DNA of 64,000 nucleotides from an uncultured Eubacteriales bacterium (GTDB lineage Bacteria; Bacillota; Clostridia; Christensenellales; CAG-138): NCBI GenBank assembly GCA_900544965.1, contig UQXE01000002.1, positions 15,385 to 79,384 of the forward strand, read 5' to 3'. Shown piece by piece: positions 56,168 to 64,000 of this stretch (position 1 is its first letter; each line of letters starts with the position of its first letter). The notes under the pieces were generated by a model. It saw only the letters and a program-made list of their open reading frames with translations, ran no database searches and was not told where the DNA came from. The position numbers and the translations under genes were made by a program.

Positions 56168-56689
56168 GTGAAGCTTGATGTAACCGCACAGGTTAAGTTG
56201 CCTGGAAGCGTTGGAAAGGCCAGGCTTTCCGAACCGTTTGCGGATATTGAGTTTGGCGGGAGAAGGATCTCCTTTGCTAGGCCGTTGGATATAGAGGTTA
56301 CATATGTCTATGATGGCGAAAGCTTTGCGGTAGCGGGAACCATTTCGGCGGTCTTTAATTCTCAATGCGCCAGATGCGGAGAACCGTTTGAAGAACCGCT
56401 GACGTTTGAATTTAAAGAACGCTTTGTAAGGGATGAATTGGAAGGCGAAGACGTATATACGTTTACATCCGATGTTTTAGACCTTACCGCTATGATTCAG
56501 GACAACATCTTGCTCAACATGCCCATGCGAAGCGTTTGCAGCGCCAGCTGCAAGGGCAAGTGTCCGGTGTGCGGATGCAATTTAAACTTTAACCAGTGCT
56601 CATGTGATAGGCAAACCGGCGAAGATACGCCGCGAAAGAATCCATTTGCCGATCTGAGGTCGCTGTTGAACGATGATAAGGAGGTGTAA
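56168..56689 (+). CDS. yceD: YceD/DUF177 family protein
   Basis: 173 aa. GTG start after GAGGTG. C.R.C and C...CKG.CP.CG.NLN...C motifs. Canonical position upstream of rpmF. Confidence 0.85.
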   Translation: MKLDVTAQVKLPGSVGKARLSEPFADIEFGGRRISFARPLDIEVTYVYDGESFAVAGTISAVFNSQCARCGEPFEEPLTFEFKERFVRDELEGEDVYTFTSDVLDLTAMIQDNILLNMPMRSVCSASCKGKCPVCGCNLNFNQCSCDRQTGEDTPRKNPFADLRSLLNDDKEV

Positions 56690-56695
56690 TCAATA

Positions 56696-56899
56696 ATGGC
56701 AGTCCCGAAACGGAAAACATCAAAGGCAAGGCGTGACTCCAGGAGATCCAGCAACTGGAAGCTGTCCATCCCAGGAATTGTCGAATGCCCGAAATGCCAT
56801 GCCCGCAAACTTGCCCACAGGGTATGCAAAAGCTGCGGATATTATGGCGGAGAGCGTGTCATCAACGTTGATAAAGATGAAAAGAAGGCAAATGCTTAA
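56696..56899 (+). CDS. rpmF: 50S ribosomal protein L32
   Basis: [16 protein letters not shown], and a CxxC...CxxC zinc ribbon. Confidence 0.93.
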   Translation: MAVPKRKTSKARRDSRRSSNWKLSIPGIVECPKCHARKLAHRVCKSCGYYGGERVINVDKDEKKANA

Positions 56900-57121
56900 G
56901 GCTTTTCCTGTCCATTTTTAAAGGACTATTTTTGATGGCACCACATATTTTGTGCATGAGGGTTGATCTTCGTTCGAAGTTCCACCCTTTTGTTTTAACT
57001 TTATTATATTGGGGGCAAAAAAGAGTGATAAGTTTTTTATAGTTGCTATTTATAGTGAATTTTTTGCGCTCTCAATATATACTTTATACTATAATTTGAT
57101 TAAAAATTGCGAGGTAATGTA

Positions 57122-58126
57122 ATGAAGATTGCAATAGACGCCTTTGGAGGCGACGACGCCCCAGGAGCAATGCTAGAAGGCTGCTGTAAAGCTTTGAGCG
57201 ATAGCGACGATTTTGATATAATAATAACGGGAGACGAAACCTTAGTTTCAAATGGGTTGAAAACGCTGGGCTGTAATTCATCGCGCATTGAAATTGTTCA
57301 TGCTCCAATGGTAATATCGTGCGAAGAGCAGCCTACCATTGCAATAAAGAGAAAAAAGGATTCATCGCTTGTAAAGGCGCTGGAGCTGGTTGCGAACGGC
57401 GGCGCGGACGCGTTTGTCTCCGCTGGGAGCACAGGCGCCGTGCTTGCCGGAGCAACGCTGATAGTGCGGCGTATAAACGGCGTAAAGAGGCCTGCATTGG
57501 CCCCGATCCTGCCAACAGTAAAGGGACCGGTGCTGTTGATAGACTGCGGAGCCAATGTAGACTGCAAACCCCAGTACCTGCAGCAATTCGCAATTATGGG
57601 AAGCGCGTATATGCAAAATGTGATGGGGATTCTTGAACCGCGGGTGGGCCTTATAAACAACGGCGCGGAAGAGGAAAAGGGCAATGAACTGACAAAAGCG
57701 GCGTTTAAGCTGATAAAAGAAACGCCGATAAACTTTATGGGCAACTGCGAGGCAAGGGATATCCTGACCGGCGAATATGACGTATTGGTTTGCGACGGCT
57801 TTATAGGAAACGTGGTTTTAAAGTATACCGAAGGGGTTGCTTCAGCGCTGGTCTCTATGATGAAGGAAGAACTGATGAGGGACATCGGCTCAAAGCTTGG
57901 AGCAATGCTTGCTAAAAATGGCTTTAGACGCTTTAAGAAACGGATGGATTATACTGAGTATGGAGGAGCTCCGCTGCTTGGAATAAATGGGGGGATTATA
58001 AAAGCGCATGGAAGCTCTAACGGAAAGGCGATAGCCGCAGCCATAGACCAGGCGCGTCACTACTGTTTGGGAGACGTTACCGAGGCAATACGTATTTCCA
58101 TGTCAGCAATTAACGGGGACGATTGA
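57122..58126 (+). CDS. plsX: phosphate acyltransferase PlsX
   Basis: MKIAIDAFGGD.AP, SAGSTGA, DCGAN.DC, FIGNV.LK, GG.PLLG..G..IK.HGSS. Confidence 0.93.
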   Translation: MKIAIDAFGGDDAPGAMLEGCCKALSDSDDFDIIITGDETLVSNGLKTLGCNSSRIEIVHAPMVISCEEQPTIAIKRKKDSSLVKALELVANGGADAFVSAGSTGAVLAGATLIVRRINGVKRPALAPILPTVKGPVLLIDCGANVDCKPQYLQQFAIMGSAYMQNVMGILEPRVGLINNGAEEEKGNELTKAAFKLIKETPINFMGNCEARDILTGEYDVLVCDGFIGNVVLKYTEGVASALVSMMKEELMRDIGSKLGAMLAKNGFRRFKKRMDYTEYGGAPLLGINGGIIKAHGSSNGKAIAAAIDQARHYCLGDVTEAIRISMSAINGDD

Positions 58127-58196
58127 CATTGATAGCTTTTACGGCTAAAATTTATAATCATAAGAATAAATTAATCATGAAAGGTGGCAACAAACT

Positions 58197-58424
58197 ATGG
58201 AATTTGACAAGATTGCACAAGCAATATCAAATCAGCTAGGCATAGATAAAGCAAGTATAACGAGGGAATCCAGGCTAATTGAGGATTTAAAGGCTGATTC
58301 GCTTGACGTTGTAGAGCTGATAATGGATCTTGAACAGGAGTATAATATAGAAATCCCGAATGAAGAGCTTCCGAAAATTCATACTGTGGGGGATATAGCG
58401 GACTATATTGGGGCAAATATCTGA
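58197..58424 (+). CDS. acpP: acyl carrier protein
   Basis: 75 aa. The DLKADSLDVVELIM motif contains the phosphopantetheine-attachment Ser. Confidence 0.93.
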   Translation: MEFDKIAQAISNQLGIDKASITRESRLIEDLKADSLDVVELIMDLEQEYNIEIPNEELPKIHTVGDIADYIGANI

Positions 58425-58545
58425 GAAGACACTGGATATTGCCGCAAATTCGCGCCGCCATGCATCTAAAAGTAGGGCAGGGCGGCGTGAAAAACTTTGA
58501 TGTGCAAAGATATGCGCTTAATCTGGGATTTATAGGAGGCGCCCG

Positions 58546-59307
58546 TTGGAGTGTAATTACAGCGAAAAATTAATTGAACTGCAGCAAAGGATAGGGTATG
58601 AGTTCAGTTCCCAAAAGCTTATACAGGTTGCTGTTACCCATTCCTCTTATGTAAAGGGGGATAATCTAGCCTTTGATCATAACGAAAGGCTTGAGTTTTT
58701 GGGCGACGCGGTTCTTGAACTGTGCGTGAGCGAATACCTGTTTAAAACCTATCCTGAGGTTGATGAAGGAGCCATGACGCGGATAAGGGCTATTGCGGTT
58801 AATGAGCAGTCGTTATACAGGACGGCGCTGGAATTCAAAGTTGGAGAGGCGCTGCTCCTTAGTGTAGGCGAAGAGCGAACGGGCGGAAGGGAAAAGCCGT
58901 CTATACTTTCCGACGCCATGGAGGCTATAATAGGAGCGGTTTATATTGACGGCGGATACGATGCGGCAAGGAAATTAGTGCTTGGCTTTGCCTCCAAGCG
59001 CATCGAGCAGGCGTTTAGCCAGGGCATTAATAAGGATTATAAAACCGTTCTTCAGGAGTTCGTGCAGAAAAATCATCTTGGCGAAATAAAATATATGATT
59101 ACGGGGCAACGCGGTCCGGATCACAAAAAGATATTTGACATGTCAATAACTGTAGCAGGCATTGTCATGGGCTCAGGCACTGGTATGTCAAAGCAGGAGG
59201 CTGGACAAGCAGCCGCTCATGAGGCATTGAAGCTATATGGAATTGATGATGACAGTACTCCCGTAGATTCGCCCAAAAACGACGGCAAGGATGGATTTGT
59301 TGATTGA
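58546..59307 (+). CDS. rnc: ribonuclease III
   Basis: Signature NERLEFLGDAVL, SD..EA.IGA.Y.DGG, and a C-terminal dsRBD (KDYKT.LQE, GPDH.K.F). Confidence 0.92.
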   Translation: MECNYSEKLIELQQRIGYEFSSQKLIQVAVTHSSYVKGDNLAFDHNERLEFLGDAVLELCVSEYLFKTYPEVDEGAMTRIRAIAVNEQSLYRTALEFKVGEALLLSVGEERTGGREKPSILSDAMEAIIGAVYIDGGYDAARKLVLGFASKRIEQAFSQGINKDYKTVLQEFVQKNHLGEIKYMITGQRGPDHKKIFDMSITVAGIVMGSGTGMSKQEAGQAAAHEALKLYGIDDDSTPVDSPKNDGKDGFVD

Positions 59308-62300
59308 AACTTGCAAGGCTGGAAATAGTAGGCTTTAAATCGTTCGCTCAAAAAACCGTCATAGAATTCAATGACGGTATTACTGCTATAATAGGACCAA
59401 ACGGAAGCGGCAAGAGCAATATAGCCGATGCAATAAGATGGGTCTTGGGCGAGCAGAGCGCAAAGGCGCTGCGCGGCGCGCGTATGGAGGACGTGATATT
59501 CAACGGTACCGAGCAGAGACGCCCTCTATCCTATTGTGAAGTCACCCTTGTATTTGATAATGCGGATGGCCTATTAAATATAGATTATACCGAGGTTAGC
59601 GTAACAAGGCGCGTGTATCGTTCAAATGAAGGAGAATATCTCCTAAACGGAAAACAGTGCAGGTTAAAGGATATACAGGAGCTGTTCAGGGATACCGGAA
59701 TAGGAAAAGAGGGCTATTCCATAATTGGGCAGGGACGAGTTGACGAAATACTTTCTAACAGGTCAGGCGACAGAAGGGCTATATTCGAGGAGGCAGCCGG
59801 GGTAATGCGCTATCGTGCCAGAAAGGAAGAGGCTGAAAGAAAGCTTGAAAACACCCGTAAGAATCTAATAAGGATAAATGACATTTTGACTGAATTGGAA
59901 GTACGCGTAGGTCCTTTGCATGAACAGTGCATAGCGGCGAAGAGGTATATTGAGCTTCGTGATGAGCTTAAAAAGGCGGAACTCAATCTGTTTTTAATAC
60001 AATATGATAAACTTAATGAACGATTGACAGAAACGAATGCCCTGATTGAACAAATCTGCAACGAAATTGCGGATAACGAGGCGCTTGAAAGCGGATTAGC
60101 AAAGGAGTATGAGGCCGAGGAAGCGCTTGAGAGGACCATAAACTCCGAGATAAGCGGCTTAAAGAGCAACCTTTTGACATATACAGCCGGTATTCAATCA
60201 ACCCTTGGAGAAGCCCGCGTACTTCAGGAGCGCAGGATGAACGCCCAAAAGGAGCGGGACAGCGCAGTGAACGCGATGTGCGGCGCTCAAGAAACGCTTA
60301 AGGGACTGTCGGAGAGAAAGCTCTCCATATCCGACAGCATAGCGGGCAAGTCTAAGCTAATAAGCAAACTGCGGCAAAGTCTTGAGGACTTAGAAGAAAA
60401 GTTTAAAAGATATACATACGATCTTGATGAAAAGGCCGGCACGATCGATCGTTGTAAGTCGAGCATAATTGAAGCCATGAACCGGCTGTCGGACGCAAAG
60501 AGCTTGAGGACGCGTCTTGAAACGATGAAGGTCAACCTTGAAGCCAGCCTCAAATCCATTAATGATGAAATCAGCCAAAGAGGCGGCGAACTATCGGGGT
60601 TGGATAAAGAGCTTATAGAAGCTAACGCTCAGCTTAAAGGTTTGAGGGAAGAAAAAAACAGGCTTGATAACGATCGAATCAGCGTTGAAGAGAAACGCAA
60701 CGCCACGTCAGGCGACCTGGTTGAACTTAAAAAAGCTATGAGAAAATCCGAGCAAGCCCTTGAGTCGGGACTTTCAAGGCTCAAGGTGCTGAAGGAAATG
60801 AATCAGGCCCATGAGGGTTATTACTCAAGCGTAAGAAATGTGCTGAGGGATTCGAAGCGGGATACACGGCTTGGCGAAGCGGTGGAAGGCGCCCTTGCTG
60901 AGCTTATACACGTTCCTGCTGAATTTGAAACCGCTATAGAGATGGCGCTGGGTTCCTCACTGCAAAACATTGTAACGCCTACGGATGAGGACGCAAAGCT
61001 TGTAATAGAACATTTAAGAGCTAATAATTACGGCAGGGCAACATTTTTGCCGGTATCATCTATGAAACCGCGGACTTTAAACAACGATGAAAAATGCATG
61101 ATACAATCTGACGGGGTGATAGGCATTGCGTCTGACCTTGTGGGTTACGGTCCACGCTATAAAAATGTAATTGAAAATCTGCTTGGCCGAACGGTTATAG
61201 TACGTGATCTGGATACAGGGATAAAGATAAACGCAAAATCAAAGTCAGCTTTTCGTATCGCCACAGTAAAAGGCGATATCATAAATCCAGGGGGTTCTAT
61301 TACAGGCGGAAGCACACAAAGGCGTGAATTCAGCCTGCTTGGCCGCCAGCGTGAGATGACTGAACTGGAAAACCGGCTAAAGTCCCAGAGACTGGAACTG
61401 GACGATATATCAAAAAGGGCCGAAGCAGGCGAGAGGCTTTTGAGCGAACTAGGCCAAAGCTCGGAAATGTTTAGAGAACGGATTCATAACATAGAAATCA
61501 GTACTGCCAAACAGTTAGAAAAAATCGATATAATTCAAAAATATATCAGCGCAGCCAAGTTTGAATTGGAGACGCAATATGAGGAGAGGGGCCGCCTTCA
61601 GGACAGCTTGGCGGACGTAGAGTCAAAGCTGGGAGAATCGGAGACGGCTCAGGGAAGTATTGAGGACAGCAATACGGCCACGCAGGAGGATATTACCAGG
61701 CTGCAAAACGAGCTTAATGCAATGCGTTTGGAGCAGGAGAGGAAAAATTCAGAAATCACCTCGCTTAAGGTACAGCTTATGGCTGAAAATAAAGAACTGG
61801 CAGCGCTGAATGGGGAGCTGAACCGAGTAGATTCCGACGCGGCCCGATTGTCGGCCGATATAGGCGATAAGGAACAGGCCGTAAACTCACTGAATGAGTC
61901 TATGGCCCAGCTTGACTTGCAGATTATACAAACGGACGCGAGCGTATGTTTAAAAAGGACTGAGGCAGAGTCGCTCGAAGACAGGATTAACGGCCTAGAG
62001 GCGGAGCAAGACAAGCGCATTGACAAACTCAAGGAACTGCGCGTAAGAAGAGGCGAACTTTCCAGCGCAATTGAAGCGCTCAGGGATAGGAGACACCGAG
62101 CCGAACTCAGCCTCAACAAGGCGGAGCTTGAGCTTTCCGGAATTCAGGAAAGGGTTTGGAACGACTACAATCTTACTTATGACAATATAACCCCCTACAG
62201 GCGCGGGGCTACGGCCGCGGCAGAGCATCTGCTGGCCGACGATATAAGAAAAGAGATGAGAAGCCTGGGCGACGTCAGGGTCGGCGCTATCGAGGAATAC

Positions 62301-62867
62301 GACCTTGTAAAAGAGCGATATGATTCTTTGAAGGCCCAGTACGGTGATCTGGAAATGGCGGAATCTGATCTTAGACAGCTTATAACAGAGCTTCTGGAGA
62401 GCATGAAACTGGAGTTCAGACGCCAGTTTGAATTGATAAGATCTAACTTTACAAGCGTTTTTTCAGAGCTGTTCAGGGGAGGCAAAGCGGACCTTGTTCT
62501 TTCCGACGGTGCGGATATACTTAACTGCGATATAGATATAATAGCGCAGCCGCCGGGGAAGAAATTGCAGCTCCTCTCCCTGTTGTCAGGGGGAGAGCGT
62601 GCGCTTACTGCGATTGCCCTGCTGTTTGCGATACTAAAGCTAAAGCCCACGGCGTTTTGCATTTTGGACGAAATCGAGACGTCGCTCGACGAGGTCAACG
62701 TTTCCAACTTTGCTGAATACCTTGGCAACTATTCGAGTGACACGCAGTTTATACTCATAACGCACAGAAAGGGCAGCATGGCTGTTTGCAACGCTTTATA
62801 TGGCGTTACAATGGAGGAAAAGGGAGTATCAAAAATAGTATCAGCGCGTTTTGATGAAGCTGGTTGA
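59304..62867 (+). CDS. smc: chromosome segregation protein SMC
   Basis: 1187 aa. Walker A (GPNGSGKSNI), long coiled coils, a hinge, LSGGE, and Walker B (FCILDEIE). The TTG start overlaps the rnc stop. Confidence 0.95.
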   Translation: MKLARLEIVGFKSFAQKTVIEFNDGITAIIGPNGSGKSNIADAIRWVLGEQSAKALRGARMEDVIFNGTEQRRPLSYCEVTLVFDNADGLLNIDYTEVSVTRRVYRSNEGEYLLNGKQCRLKDIQELFRDTGIGKEGYSIIGQGRVDEILSNRSGDRRAIFEEAAGVMRYRARKEEAERKLENTRKNLIRINDILTELEVRVGPLHEQCIAAKRYIELRDELKKAELNLFLIQYDKLNERLTETNALIEQICNEIADNEALESGLAKEYEAEEALERTINSEISGLKSNLLTYTAGIQSTLGEARVLQERRMNAQKERDSAVNAMCGAQETLKGLSERKLSISDSIAGKSKLISKLRQSLEDLEEKFKRYTYDLDEKAGTIDRCKSSIIEAMNRLSDAKSLRTRLETMKVNLEASLKSINDEISQRGGELSGLDKELIEANAQLKGLREEKNRLDNDRISVEEKRNATSGDLVELKKAMRKSEQALESGLSRLKVLKEMNQAHEGYYSSVRNVLRDSKRDTRLGEAVEGALAELIHVPAEFETAIEMALGSSLQNIVTPTDEDAKLVIEHLRANNYGRATFLPVSSMKPRTLNNDEKCMIQSDGVIGIASDLVGYGPRYKNVIENLLGRTVIVRDLDTGIKINAKSKSAFRIATVKGDIINPGGSITGGSTQRREFSLLGRQREMTELENRLKSQRLELDDISKRAEAGERLLSELGQSSEMFRERIHNIEISTAKQLEKIDIIQKYISAAKFELETQYEERGRLQDSLADVESKLGESETAQGSIEDSNTATQEDITRLQNELNAMRLEQERKNSEITSLKVQLMAENKELAALNGELNRVDSDAARLSADIGDKEQAVNSLNESMAQLDLQIIQTDASVCLKRTEAESLEDRINGLEAEQDKRIDKLKELRVRRGELSSAIEALRDRRHRAELSLNKAELELSGIQERVWNDYNLTYDNITPYRRGATAAAEHLLADDIRKEMRSLGDVRVGAIEEYDLVKERYDSLKAQYGDLEMAESDLRQLITELLESMKLEFRRQFELIRSNFTSVFSELFRGGKADLVLSDGADILNCDIDIIAQPPGKKLQLLSLLSGGERALTAIALLFAILKLKPTAFCILDEIETSLDEVNVSNFAEYLGNYSSDTQFILITHRKGSMAVCNALYGVTMEEKGVSKIVSARFDEAG

Positions 62868-62886
62868 TAAACAAAAGGGGGATTAT

Positions 62887-64000
62887 ATGTTTTTATTTGG
62901 CAAGAAGAACAAAAAGGGAAAAGATAAAGATAGGAAGAAAACGGATGAGGTAATCAAGGAGGAAGTAAAAGCCGCCGAAGTAATTGACGATCCTGACGAG
63001 CCGTATGCTGTTCAAATGGAAGAGTCCAACAAGGACCGCTTATCAGAAGCCGATGATCAGGAGAACGCGGCGCCTCAGCCAAAAGAACAGAAACCTGAGA
63101 GGAAGGGCGGCCTGTTCTCCAGGCTGAGAGAGGGTTTGTCAAAGACAAGAAACACGCTGTTTGCGGGCCTTTTTTCAGGCAGCGACGATAAGATTGACGA
63201 CGAATTTTTCGACGAACTGGAAGAGGCGATGATTGTTGCGGATATGGGATTTGAAACCACTAACCTCGTTCTTGACAAACTAAGGCAGGAGCTTAAAGCG
63301 TCTAAAATAAAAAACCGAACCGATGCGAAGGAAGCCATAATACGTATTATTGCCGACGCGATGAGGCCCGATAACGCGTTTTTAGAAGCAAATGACGCCT
63401 CCGGCGCCATATTGCTTATCGTTGGAGTAAACGGGGTGGGAAAGACGACCTCAATAGGCAAGCTTGCAAGTTATTATTCCGATATGGGAAGAAAGCCTAT
63501 TATGGCCGCCGCAGACACCTTCAGAGCTGCCGCCGCGGAACAGCTCACCATATGGGCCGAGCGCACCGGTACCCCTATTGTAAAGCATGGGGAGGGGGCG
63601 GATCCGGCGGCCGTAGTGTTTGACGCGATAGCGTCTTACAAGGCGAAAGGGCTGGATATGCTGATCTGCGATACGGCTGGCAGGCTGCATAACAAGAAAA
63701 ACCTAATGAATGAGCTTAGCAAGATACGCAGGGTAATAGACAGGGAATTGCCTGGGACGCCATGCGAGGTACTGCTGGTTCTTGACGCTACCACGGGGCA
63801 AAACGCGATAGCTCAGGCAAAGGCGTTCGGCGAATCGGCAGGACTGACGGGGATCATAATCACTAAGCTTGACGGAACCGCAAAGGGAGGGGTGGCCGTA
63901 GCTGTAAAGCATGAGCTCGGTCTGCCCGTTCGTTTCGTGGGCGTAGGCGAAGGCGTATGCGACCTGCAGCCTTTTGACGCTGATGAATTTGCCAGGGCGC
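62887..64000 (+). CDS. ftsY: signal recognition particle receptor FtsY (3' end runs off the window)
   Basis: Not in the ORF track because no stop is reached. My translation from the ATG at 62887 (after GGGGG) gives an acidic/basic N-terminus, then [34 protein letters not shown]. Confidence 0.9.
   Translation, partial: MFLFGKKNKKGKDKDRKKTDEVIKEEVKAAEVIDDPDEPYAVQMEESNKDRLSEADDQENAAPQPKEQKPERKGGLFSRLREGLSKTRNTLFAGLFSGSDDKIDDEFFDELEEAMIVADMGFETTNLVLDKLRQELKASKIKNRTDAKEAIIRIIADAMRPDNAFLEANDASGAILLIVGVNGVGKTTSIGKLASYYSDMGRKPIMAAADTFRAAAAEQLTIWAERTGTPIVKHGEGADPAAVVFDAIASYKAKGLDMLICDTAGRLHNKKNLMNELSKIRRVIDRELPGTPCEVLLVLDATTGQNAIAQAKAFGESAGLTGIIITKLDGTAKGGVAVAVKHELGLPVRFVGVGEGVCDLQPFDADEFARA

Overview
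This 64-kb window looks like a chromosomal segment from an endospore-forming Firmicute (Clostridia-like). Supporting genes are spoIIGA-sigE, spoIIAA-spoIIAB-sigF, yunB, whiA, remA and prp-L27. Most of the window is densely packed core housekeeping genes: pepT, gmk-rpoZ-coaBC-priA, murB-rapZ-whiA-dnaE-pfkA-rlmD, pheST behind a Phe T-box, rplU-prp-rpmA, pta-ackA, yceD-rpmF, and plsX-acpP-rnc-smc-ftsY. Three regions deserve a second look. (1) An accessory island of about 12.4 kb (about 19.57-31.94 kb) lies between rlmD and a SPOR-domain gene. It starts with an AT-rich orphan gene bearing a HEPN-like signature, fused onto the end of rlmD and followed by what looks like a displaced relic of an rlmD 3' end. 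It continues with a secreted seven-blade RCC1-repeat protein and an ArsR-type regulator with a large unknown N-terminal domain. It ends with a complete type I-C cas operon (cas3-cas5c-cas8c-cas7c-cas4-cas1-cas2) for which I can find no CRISPR array on either flank. (2) A tightly coupled five-gene cluster at 32.8-36.0 kb encodes DRTGG, a GHKL ATPase, an [FeFe]-hydrogenase-like protein, a second DRTGG and a PHP protein. The hydrogenase-like protein keeps the H-cluster cysteine ligands but has altered catalytic motifs, and the cluster has no recognisable output domain. This is my best candidate for a poorly understood sensing system. (3) larE-larB-larC (nickel-pincer cofactor synthesis) is present with no larA-type user enzyme in the window. 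No rRNA, tRNA, transposase or integrase genes were recognised. All calls come from reading the ORF translations and the DNA by eye, with no database search.
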